Below are positions 25,717-33,321 of a DNA stretch of 48,527 bases, piece after piece. The stretch comes from a virus (lineage: Duplodnaviria; Caudoviricetes). The notes below the pieces were generated by a model that ran no database searches, was not told the DNA's origin, and saw nothing but the letters and a program-made list of their open reading frames with translations. Numbering within the stretch: the stretch's first letter is position 1; the number at the start of each line of letters is the position of its first letter. A program made the translations under genes and the position numbers. The stretch lies in IMG/VR virus record IMGVR_UViG_3300035148_000179, positions 1 to 48,527 of that record; one strand, written 5' to 3'.

Positions 25717-26634
25717 TTAGAACCAATCGACGTTGCCCATATCTGCGAGTACCTGCTTGGCGTTGCCCGCCACCAGTGCCGCAGTGCCCTTGTCCTCACG
25801 CAGAGTCTCGATCGGATAGCGCAGGAGGTCCTGCTCGATCTTGTCGATCAGCTGTCCGAAGCGCTCGCTGCCGGTGAGGTTCATGCTCCGTGCGAGGGAG
25901 CACAGTGACTGCGTGTTGGTGAGCATGGACTCGTAGAGCTTGGTCTTTTCACCAGCCCCCGCCTTGCCCAGCTGCTCAGCCATGCGCTGCACTTCCTCGG
26001 TGAGCCTGTCTCTGAGATCCGACATTGCGTTGTTCACCTGCGTTCGGGTCTGGTCGGCGAGCCGTTCGCCCAGCGCCTCGGCCAGCGCAGCCGGGACTGA
26101 CAGTCGAGTGAAGTCACCCACTGTCGGCATCGGGCGCAGCTCGATTACCACACTGAACAGGTTGGGAACATCGGCCGCCTTGGGATAGGCGTTCGGGTCT
26201 GCCATGTCGCTGAGGTTGGCGATGGCCTGCGCCACACGCTCGTCCCATACGGACTGGAGGTTGAGCACGGTGTCATCGTAGCCGCGCTTCATCTTGGCCG
26301 TGTCAGCTAGGAACTGCATGGCATCGGACGTTGCGATCAGGCGTGACCCCTTCTTCGCACCCTCGGAGTTGAGGGACCAGGGCAGGGTCCGTGAGTACAC
26401 GAACGTGCGCAGCGCCACGATCTGTGCCTTCACTGCCTTCAGCTCGGTGTCCGCTGAAGCCAGCAGCTTCATGCGGAACTTGCCTGCGTCCGCAGTGGCG
26501 TGCTTCGCAGCTACCACCTCGTCGCTCACCTGATGGTTGATCCGCTCGCCGCCCCATGCACGGAACGAAATGTCCACGAGCATGTAGTTGGAGGCGAGTG
26601 CGTCGTTGAGTTGGATGTTGTCGTGCATCTGCAT
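25717..26634 (-). CDS. Helical protein between the AAA and VWA genes (DUF3150-like, tentative)
   Basis: 305-aa ORF, RTLPWS...GSRLI, YP motif; operon position. Confidence 0.6.
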   Translation of the reverse strand: MQMHDNIQLNDALASNYMLVDISFRAWGGERINHQVSDEVVAAKHATADAGKFRMKLLASADTELKAVKAQIVALRTFVYSRTLPWSLNSEGAKKGSRLIATSDAMQFLADTAKMKRGYDDTVLNLQSVWDERVAQAIANLSDMADPNAYPKAADVPNLFSVVIELRPMPTVGDFTRLSVPAALAEALGERLADQTRTQVNNAMSDLRDRLTEEVQRMAEQLGKAGAGEKTKLYESMLTNTQSLCSLARSMNLTGSERFGQLIDKIEQDLLRYPIETLREDKGTAALVAGNAKQVLADMGNVDWF

Positions 26635-27737
26635 TACTCCAGAACGTTGGTGACGAGCGCACGGTTCTTGCCGATCCAGGCACCGAGTGCCTTGCTGTTG
26701 ATCAGCGTGCCGCCCGACCGCTTGATGAGCGATACAGCAGCGGACACCTGGATCTCACGCGGCAGCCGCTCGATGTACTGCCACAGCTTGTCGACGTTGG
26801 TGGGCTTGGCGTAGTGGATGCACAGCTGGACCGCTGCATACGCTGCGTCCAGTGCGTCCGGGCACTTCGCCTTGCTCGGGTCCTTCTCGATGTCCTCGAT
26901 GTCGGGCAGCTTGTCGTGCAGCTTGAAGAACGCGAACATCTGCGCCGACGTGCCGTCGCCCACGTGGCCAGCCACCACCTGTTGGGTGAGCGGGTCGTTG
27001 GGGAGGTCCATCTTCACCTTGCCCTTGGCGTCCTTGCCCGCCTTGATAGCGAGGAACTTGACAGCCTCGGTGTACGACCGGGCCGTGCTGAAGGGACCGT
27101 CGGATGTGGGCACGGAGTCAGCGAACACTGCGCCGGGGAACTTCTTGGCGAAGGCCACGCCCATCGGGTGCAGTTCCTTGCGCTCGGCCCACACCGACCA
27201 GCTGATCACGTCGTTGTCCATGTTGATCACGCACTCACGGTTCGTGAGATGCATCGGCGGACGGATCACACCGGCACGGTCAGCGACACGGTTCGATGCC
27301 GACACCACCATCCACCCCTCGGGCAGCCGGCGTGTACCGAACAGCTTGCTCAGGATGATTGGCGCTGTCGCCTTCTGGGTGAGCAGGTCTGCTGCGTTGC
27401 GCTCGTCCAACACGAAGATGCCCCTCGGGTACTTCTTCAAGTACTCGTCAGACGGGAACATCGGCGAGCGTGTGAAGTACGACGCCGCCTCGCCGTTGGC
27501 ATCCTTGGTGGGGACCAAGAAGCCACGGATATCTGGTGCGTCCAGCGTTGGCAGCAGCCAGGCTTCCTCTGCGTCACCGCAGAACCCAAATTCCTCGCCG
27601 TACCGATCGCTCAGTAGCTTGCGAATGTCGAACTTCAGCACGTCCGACTTGCCGCAGCCCGGCGGGCCGACGAGATGAACGGCAGTGCGGGCTTCGTACA
27701 GGTCAGGAAAGACCTTGATCAGGTCCAGCATTCTCAT
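26634..27737 (-). CDS. MoxR-like AAA+ ATPase
   Basis: Walker A GPPGCGKS, Walker B FVLDE, sensor ASN, LTNR. Confidence 0.85.
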   Translation of the reverse strand: MRMLDLIKVFPDLYEARTAVHLVGPPGCGKSDVLKFDIRKLLSDRYGEEFGFCGDAEEAWLLPTLDAPDIRGFLVPTKDANGEAASYFTRSPMFPSDEYLKKYPRGIFVLDERNAADLLTQKATAPIILSKLFGTRRLPEGWMVVSASNRVADRAGVIRPPMHLTNRECVINMDNDVISWSVWAERKELHPMGVAFAKKFPGAVFADSVPTSDGPFSTARSYTEAVKFLAIKAGKDAKGKVKMDLPNDPLTQQVVAGHVGDGTSAQMFAFFKLHDKLPDIEDIEKDPSKAKCPDALDAAYAAVQLCIHYAKPTNVDKLWQYIERLPREIQVSAAVSLIKRSGGTLINSKALGAWIGKNRALVTNVLE

Positions 27738-27788
27738 TGATGCATCTCCATTTGATACACGCAGGACGGGCTGCGTGCGCCCCGTTAC

Positions 27789-28190
27789 TCAGGATATTGA
27801 GTTGGCCAGCTTCAGCATCAGCTTGCCGGTCTCGAGCGCCTTGACCCAGTCCTCCGGGGTCATGCGCTTGATGTGTTCTTCGAACTCAACGCGAGTCCAG
27901 ATAGCAGTCGAAGTGACAGCGACGAACGGTCCACTATCACGGCGCGCATACTCGGGTGTCGGGGTACAGCTGTGCACTGCACGCAGGGCATCGAACACCC
28001 TGCCGCTTAGTCCGTGCGGCGCCCCGCCCTGTGCCTCGCGCGCCAGTATCACCAGCGTCTTGAGTAGTTCCTGGTCCATATACAGCTCGTAGGCTTCATC
28101 CCACGGGATGCAGATGTGACTGCGGAACTGTGCTTGTGTGTCTCCAAGGTGACTCGACTCGGCCATCGAGAACACGTGCATCACACTCAC
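27789..28190 (-). CDS. Hypothetical protein
   Basis: ORF coupled to the upstream gene (GTGA overlap). Confidence 0.6.
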   Translation of the reverse strand: MSVMHVFSMAESSHLGDTQAQFRSHICIPWDEAYELYMDQELLKTLVILAREAQGGAPHGLSGRVFDALRAVHSCTPTPEYARRDSGPFVAVTSTAIWTRVEFEEHIKRMTPEDWVKALETGKLMLKLANSIS

Positions 28191-28525
28191 TGGTCGAAGC
28201 CATCCTTCTGTGGTTCCGGTGCCACCTCGTCGATGTTGGACACCAACGAGTGGGCCATAGCCTTCATGCCTAGCACCGTCTCCGGCTTGACCTTGCGGAA
28301 GTCGATGCTGTTGGGGGTGACAGTGAACAGCGAGAACGTATCGGATGCGTCCGCTGACTTGGGCACAGCTCGTCGCACCTCCATGCTGTAGCCACGGTGT
28401 AGTGCTACAGCCGCAGCGAAGAACACCGCTTCGCCTAGGTCAACGCACTCATGCGTAGCACCGGAGGAATAAGGCTTGCCGATCTGGAAGTGAGGGACGG
28501 GGTTGCCGTCGTTGTCCACCACCAT
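28187..28525 (-). CDS. Hypothetical protein
   Basis: Likely start MVVDND at 28525, just after the upstream stop. Confidence 0.6.
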   Translation of the reverse strand: MVVDNDGNPVPHFQIGKPYSSGATHECVDLGEAVFFAAAVALHRGYSMEVRRAVPKSADASDTFSLFTVTPNSIDFRKVKPETVLGMKAMAHSLVSNIDEVAPEPQKDGFDQ

Positions 28526-28526
28526 G

Positions 28527-28736
28527 TCACGCCTTCGATCCCTTGCGGGTGCGGCTGCCTTCCCGCTTCCACCAATCCAGGCGGGTAGCCAGCTCGTGGT
28601 TGTCGGGAAACATGCGCAGCGTCCTCGCCATGCGGCGCATCTTGTTCTTGATGCTGCGCGCAAAGTTGCCTGCGAACTGCGTCTTGTTCGACGCCTTGCC
28701 CTTCTGCCGCTGCTGGGCCTTGCTGATTTCAGCCAT
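28527..28736 (-). CDS. Small highly basic protein
   Basis: GAGGTG RBS; K/R-rich 69 aa. Confidence 0.65.
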   Translation of the reverse strand: MAEISKAQQRQKGKASNKTQFAGNFARSIKNKMRRMARTLRMFPDNHELATRLDWWKREGSRTRKGSKA

Positions 28737-28737
28737 T

Positions 28738-28947
28738 TCAGTTCACCTCGTTCTTGGATGGAAGGTCCACACCGTAGCGGACGCGGTAGAGATCACGGTA
28801 CAGGACGTCAGTGCGACTGATCAGGCGAGCGTACACATCGACGCCTCGCTTCTTGTTCGCAGCTCGCAGTGTCTGCGCGTAGTTAGCCAGCGCACCCATG
28901 ACGAGATCGATGTCATGCTCGTCGATGAATCCTTCATTTTCTTGCAT
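28738..28947 (-). CDS. Hypothetical protein, 69 aa
   Basis: AGGAG RBS; fills the operon gap. Confidence 0.6.
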   Translation of the reverse strand: MQENEGFIDEHDIDLVMGALANYAQTLRAANKKRGVDVYARLISRTDVLYRDLYRVRYGVDLPSKNEVN

Positions 28948-29275
28948 CGCCGTAGCTCCTGTTCATCCAGCTTTCAATCGGGATACGGCTGAGCCAGTCG
29001 GATACGGTCGGGATGATGCCGCCGCAGTCCTCGCGGACGTGCTGCTCACCGATGTAGCGGACGGGCACAGTCTTGCCTGCGCTGTTCACGATGGACTTGC
29101 CGAACACGCGTTCGCATTCGAAGATCCCGTGCGAGTGATGCCGCAACGCACGGTGGCGGCAGTCAGCCCACAGTTCCTTCGTCGCATCGAACCAGTCGTG
29201 TATGGCCTGGTAGTCCTCGGCCTTGCCGCCGAACTTACGAGCCGAACTCTCGGCGTGGTACACGGTGCTTGTCAT
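28934..29275 (-). CDS. DUF6915-like His-rich protein
   Basis: HAESSARKFGG..EDY..IHDWFD..K....D.RHRALRHH...EQHVREDC pattern recognised from memory. Confidence 0.75.
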   Translation of the reverse strand: MTSTVYHAESSARKFGGKAEDYQAIHDWFDATKELWADCRHRALRHHSHGIFECERVFGKSIVNSAGKTVPVRYIGEQHVREDCGGIIPTVSDWLSRIPIESWMNRSYGDARK

Positions 29276-29442
29276 CGCCGCACCATGGTCTGACAGTCAG
29301 CCGAGCCAGGCACGTACTCGACACAGCGCCAGACTTCGTGGTCGTAGTCAGCATTGGCCTGTCCTAGCACGTAGCCAACAGCCACGCCGCTGCATCCTGC
29401 TATGGCCAGCATCAGCCACAGCGCGAGAATCAAGTACCTCAT
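29272..29442 (-). CDS. Small putative lipoprotein
   Basis: MRYLILALWLMLAIAG|C lipobox; ATGA overlaps at both ends. Confidence 0.55.
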   Translation of the reverse strand: MRYLILALWLMLAIAGCSGVAVGYVLGQANADYDHEVWRCVEYVPGSADCQTMVRR

Positions 29443-29690
29443 CCACGTATCCTCCCGATCTTCGGGTTGTGGTCGTGGCAGGACCAGCGATACACACCGT
29501 CCGGCCACTTGTTGCCCGACGTTGCTTCGTTCTTGCAGCCAGCAGCGAAGCATGCAGCTACCAGCTCCATGCAACGGCATTGCGGACACGCTTGGATTGT
29601 CTCGCCCGGATCGAACGGATTCGGTGCCGTGAGTGGGTCGACGCCCACCCATCCGCAGCGATGGTTGTCACACTTCAACTTGTCGGTCAT
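29439..29690 (-). CDS. Cys-rich putative zinc-binding protein
   Basis: CxxxxC, CPQC, CxxxxC, CHDH motifs. Confidence 0.65.
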   Translation of the reverse strand: MTDKLKCDNHRCGWVGVDPLTAPNPFDPGETIQACPQCRCMELVAACFAAGCKNEATSGNKWPDGVYRWSCHDHNPKIGRIRG

Positions 29691-29943
29691 TGTCGTACCC
29701 TTCGATGAACTTCAGTGCGCTCACGATAAGGCAATCGGTGCGCAGGCATCCAGCGTGACAACTATGGACTTGGCCAGGGTCGATTGAATCCCTGTATCGG
29801 CGGAGTCGATGAAGCAGCGCGTGCCTTGGCGCCCTTCGCCGCTCAGCACGTATCTCCTCGTACTCCACACGAGCCTCGGCCAATGCGAGTCGGCACTCAA
29901 GGCACTCGACTTGCACGTTGTTGTGCACACACCACTTGTCCAT
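29668..29943 (-). CDS. Hypothetical Cys/His-containing protein
   Basis: GAGGTG RBS; CVH...CLEC. Confidence 0.6.
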   Translation of the reverse strand: MDKWCVHNNVQVECLECRLALAEARVEYEEIRAERRRAPRHALLHRLRRYRDSIDPGQVHSCHAGCLRTDCLIVSALKFIEGYDNDRQVEV

Positions 29944-29946
29944 ACG

Positions 29947-30390
29947 TCACCTCGGATTATCGGGGTCGATGCTGCGCATCAGGTCCTCGATATCATCGTA
30001 ATCGGTATCCTCGGTCGATACGACGTTTTGTTCGTGGTGATGGGTCATGCTGTCATCAGCGAGATCCCATTCGAACCAGCCCTGGCTGCCTTCGTTGTTC
30101 ACGTCCCAGCCACGCACATCGAGGATGCTGTAGCACAGTTCTTCGAAGGACTTGGCCATGACGTGACTGCCGAACGGGTTGTCCACCCGATCGCCCTTCG
30201 CGTCGTAGTACGTGATTTCGTCTATCTGGCCGGAGTCACCCGACCCTGCGTACTCGACGCGGACTTTCTTCACGCCATCAGCGGTCAGCACTAGCGCCCA
30301 CTTGGCAAGCCAAGCGTTCACGCTGTTGCGTTGTTCCTCCTGATAGGCGGCAAGCTCGGGGCTGGATGTGGGTCCTTTCTTCTTGGCCAC
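29947..30390 (-). CDS. DUF6878-like acidic protein
   Basis: VEYAGSGDSGQI and GWDVNNEGSQG motifs recognised from memory. Confidence 0.7.
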   Translation of the reverse strand: MAKKKGPTSSPELAAYQEEQRNSVNAWLAKWALVLTADGVKKVRVEYAGSGDSGQIDEITYYDAKGDRVDNPFGSHVMAKSFEELCYSILDVRGWDVNNEGSQGWFEWDLADDSMTHHHEQNVVSTEDTDYDDIEDLMRSIDPDNPR

Positions 30391-30392
30391 GG

Positions 30393-30581
30393 TCAGTCCT
30401 TCGGCTTGCGGTACGTGCGGCCGGTGGCGATGTTGGGCACGCTGCCGTGGTTACGCGCGGAGCGAGCCAGGTGGGCCTGCGGCGTGCTCACGTGCAGGTA
30501 GCGAGCGAAGCCGTGGTTACGCGGCGTCGCCTTCATCTGCTGCCACTTGGCCTTCTGAGTCGTCGAACTGGGGGTCCCCAT
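30393..30581 (-). CDS. Small basic hypothetical protein
   Basis: AGGAG RBS; 62 aa. Confidence 0.55.
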   Translation of the reverse strand: MGTPSSTTQKAKWQQMKATPRNHGFARYLHVSTPQAHLARSARNHGSVPNIATGRTYRKPKD

Positions 30582-30834
30582 TGCCTTCTCCTTTCGCCCA
30601 TAGGCGAATCAGTTCTGATGCAGGCTTGATGTTTGGGCTGCGGTGGTCGGTGAAGAACGCGTCCATCTCAGCCAGGGTTGGGTGCCGACACTCAGCCACC
30701 CAGTTCTGCCAGCCGGCGCGGGCGGCAGCCAGCATGACGGATTCGACGCTAGGGAAGAACCCCAGCACCTCGCCCGTCTCTGGATTACGAACCGTGTGGA
30801 CCATCGCCGCACGATGCTTCGGTGTTGTCGTCAT
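30517..30834 (-). CDS. Hypothetical protein (start 30834 or 30804)
   Basis: ORF bridging its neighbours; start uncertain. Confidence 0.5.
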   Translation of the reverse strand: MTTTPKHRAAMVHTVRNPETGEVLGFFPSVESVMLAAARAGWQNWVAECRHPTLAEMDAFFTDHRSPNIKPASELIRLWAKGEGNGDPQFDDSEGQVAADEGDAA

Positions 30835-31063
30835 TGGGCACCAGGAAGCCCCGCACGTCGATGTTCTCGACGTGATCGAGACATGCGCTCCACTGTCCCT
30901 CGCGCCGGCGCATGTAGATAGCATGGAGCACCTCGTGTAACTCCAGCTGGGCACTGAGATGCGCCTCGCGGGCGATGCGGACACGCCGCTCGACCTGCTC
31001 GCGGAGCATCTCGAGCTTCCACATGGGCAGCCGAGGGGTGATCTTGGGTTTCAACGCAGGCAT
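30785..31063 (-). CDS. Hypothetical protein, first gene after the structured leader
   Basis: GAGGA RBS; 92 aa. Confidence 0.65.
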   Translation of the reverse strand: MPALKPKITPRLPMWKLEMLREQVERRVRIAREAHLSAQLELHEVLHAIYMRRREGQWSACLDHVENIDVRGFLVPNDDNTEASCGDGPHGS

Positions 31064-31069
31064 GGTGTC

Positions 31070-31545
31070 CTCGTAGTGAAAGAAGGGGCTGGGTGGGGAG
31101 TCGGGGCCTCATTGGGATAACCGCCATCCACCCAGCCGTGTCCCCACTGCATGTTAGCCTCAGAGCGCCCCAATGGGGACCGAAGACGCTCCGATTGGTG
31201 CTGCGATTAACCCGTACCCCGCAGCTCAGGCCGCCACACATGGCTTGCACTTGGGCGGGTCAGCCTGTTGGGGTGCCCGCTTGCCGCCATGCCTCAACGG
31301 ATCGAAAGGGGAGAGTGGGGGCGGAACGTGGACCGCTTGCGTCGTTGGACGCACCTCTACACCCACCCAGCGACGCAGCCACCATAGGGCACGCTGCAAC
31401 CTTGCGCTGTTCTCCCGAAACTTGGCCGTGCCCTTGCGAGGCTGACGGGACGGCGGCTCCGAACGACCTTTCATGCCGGTGGTCGATCTTCCGCGCCACT
31501 GTTTCGGCGTGGCCGCCCTACTCCGCTGCAAGTCAGCGGTAACTG
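31070..31545 (-). ncRNA. Candidate structured leader/ncRNA (~480 nt)
   Basis: No credible ORF. Many 8-11 bp stems, a 10-bp pseudoknot pairing, and a terminal hairpin plus pyrimidine tract. Confidence 0.5.
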
Positions 31546-31615
31546 TGCGCACACTGTAACTGCGTACGCAGCGATGATTGGTGCCGCCAGTCAGAGCCGG
31601 GCGGCGCGGCTAAGA

Positions 31616-31981
31616 GGACAAGTGTAGGGGAGATCACTTGTCCCGGAATCGTGGCCACTTGGCGGGCCTTGTCCAGTCACTTGTCTAGTGGACCGGAGGT
31701 GAAAACGCTTGGCCGCTCAGCCACTTGGCGCACTTGTCCCACTTGTCCAGTACTTCAAAACAGAAGGGCTTTATATACTCTCTCACCCGCTAGGTCGCAT
31801 TGACCCAGGGTATACCCCCCTTTTATAGGGTGTATAGATAGTAGTAGACAAGTAGGACAAGTAATATATATATAGAGAAATCTATATTGGGGATCAATGA
31901 CTTAGCATCGATCTACTTGTCCACTGCCCCGCGAAAACGCTAGACAAGTGGCCGGACAAGTCCATTTTACTGGACAAGTGG
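31616..31981. repeat. Iteron-like GACAAG/CTTGTC repeat cluster around an AT-rich core: candidate replication origin
   Basis: 12 copies of the (G/A)GACAAG(T) core in both orientations; AT-rich stretch ~31755-31890; IHF-like GATCAATGACTTA at 31892-31904. Confidence 0.7.
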
Positions 31982-32027
31982 CGAGGTGGCGAAGCCTCTT
32001 GGATACGTACTCAGGGGAGAATACGCA

Positions 32028-32066
32028 TCAAAGAGGCTTGGCGGCTGAGTATTCAGCCGCCAAGCC
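32028..32066 (-). terminator. Intrinsic terminator after the 171-aa early gene
   Basis: Perfect 14-bp stem GGCTTGGCGGCTGA/TCAGCCGCCAAGCC (32035-32066) followed by UCUUU on the minus strand. Confidence 0.65.
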
Positions 32067-32080
32067 GCGTCGCGGTGCTG

Positions 32081-32596
32081 TTACGCGGCGGCCTGAAGCT
32101 TGGAGGCTTCGACCCACAGCGTCGCCAGCAACTCACGGGCTTCGGGGGCGACCTTGGCGGTGCCGTCCGGATTCAGCCCGTCCTCGTTCGCCTTACGCTT
32201 CAGGTACGCGACGACCTGAGCGACGTTCAGCGTGGAGTAGCCCTTCTCCGCCACGAGGTCGGCGAAGGAGGTCTCGTAGGCTCCGTCGATGTCGAACATC
32301 TCCGGGGTCCGGGACTTCAGCAACTTCGCGCCCCAGCCGCCCGACTTGTCGAACGTGAAGGTGGCAGCACCCGCGCTGAAGTGACCGTACCAGTGCGCCA
32401 GGGCCTTGACTCGCTGTCCGTTCGGCAGCGCGTCGAGCAACTTCACCGCGAGGGTGTAGTCACCGTGGTCCCTGATGTGAGCGAGAGTCGAAACCGCGAC
32501 GACGTGGATCTCGTTCTGGAGAGCCTTGCCGATCTTCTTGATGCGGTCGATCTTCTTGCCGCACGTGGCCTGATCGAGAATGGTAAAGGTAGTCAT
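32081..32596 (-). CDS. Conserved phage early protein, 171 aa
   Basis: Start MTTFTIL at 32596 with CAGGAG RBS; HGDYTLA..L..ALP.G.R..AL..W motif recalls early proteins of other podoviruses. Confidence 0.8.
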   Translation of the reverse strand: MTTFTILDQATCGKKIDRIKKIGKALQNEIHVVAVSTLAHIRDHGDYTLAVKLLDALPNGQRVKALAHWYGHFSAGAATFTFDKSGGWGAKLLKSRTPEMFDIDGAYETSFADLVAEKGYSTLNVAQVVAYLKRKANEDGLNPDGTAKVAPEARELLATLWVEASKLQAAA

Positions 32597-32702
32597 AGAA
32601 TTGAACTCCTGTGGCGCTTTCGGATGGGGCTCACAACCCCGGACCTTGGTGGACGATTCCACCCCGCTGCACCCCCGCGAGGAGGTGCAGAAGGCTAGAG
32701 CA

Positions 32703-32876
32703 TCAGCCCCAACTGGCGATAACCCGCTTCATCTCGGCACGGTCGAGGCACTTGTGCACCCCAGTCGGAGGCTTGCGCTTGTAGCCGCCGCCCCACCCCG
32801 TCGGTTTGACCACGCGAACGAAGGACACGCGCGGTGCACCTTGCGAGCGCAGGATCATGGACCAATTCGTTTTCAT
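32703..32876 (-). CDS. Small basic early protein, 57 aa (absent from the ORF track)
   Basis: Hand-translated MKTNWSMILRSQGAPRVSFVRVVKPTGWGGGYKRKPPTGVHKCLDRAEMKRVIASWG*; AGGGGT RBS-like sequence upstream. Confidence 0.55.
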   Translation of the reverse strand: MKTNWSMILRSQGAPRVSFVRVVKPTGWGGGYKRKPPTGVHKCLDRAEMKRVIASWG

Positions 32877-32929
32877 GGCTCGGACCCCTAGTGCAGCCGC
32901 CGCGTGATTGCTGCGGCTGTAGTAGGGAT

Positions 32930-33318
32930 TCCCGGTGCGGTCGCGCGTGGTGCTCTTTGGGTCGCACCCCGTCCCCGCTCACGCGGCCGGGAGCCGCGAG
33001 AAACTTTTACTTGTTGCCAGAGAGTTACGAGGCTCTCCGACCGACCGGGCGCACGACGCCACTCGCGCGGGACCGACCCAAGTGTGAGGACTCTGCCTCG
33101 TAGCCTCAGTATCCCCGCGACTTGATTTCGCGTGACGGAGGGGTAATCACCCCGCTCCGGGGAGGGCTCGCTATCCACCGTTCCGGGCTCAGTCGGGCGT
33201 GCATACTCGGGGCGAACACCTTTGGGGTGCAGGCTGCCGTGCGCGCGGACCTTGCGAGGTCTAGCTTCGGTGCGGGTTAGACTTACGGGGTGCTCGCAAC
33301 ACGCTTGCGCTCGTCCTT
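32930..33318 (-). ncRNA. Candidate large structured ncRNA (~390 nt)
   Basis: Lies downstream of a leftward TTGACA promoter candidate. GNRA hairpins, a 9-bp end-to-end helix and complementary hairpin loops. Confidence 0.55.
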
Positions 33319-33321
33319 CCA

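Noticed and set aside
31330-31440. GACGCAAGC and AGGGCA resembling a c-di-GMP-I riboswitch
   Set aside because: Lacks the GGCAAA...GNRA...GCAAAGC arrangement and the tetraloop receptor.
31093-31552. ORFs of 79-149 aa across the leader region, and similar ones across 32888-33361
   Set aside because: No RBS, Arg/Pro/Gly-rich random composition, and conflicting frames on both strands.
31616-31981. CRISPR array interpretation of the GACAAG repeats
   Set aside because: Units are only 6-8 bp, irregularly spaced and in both orientations; no cas operon.
33040-33056. GUGCGCCCGG resembling a group II intron 5' end
   Set aside because: No domain V (AGC triad hairpin), no maturase or RT, and no interrupted gene found.
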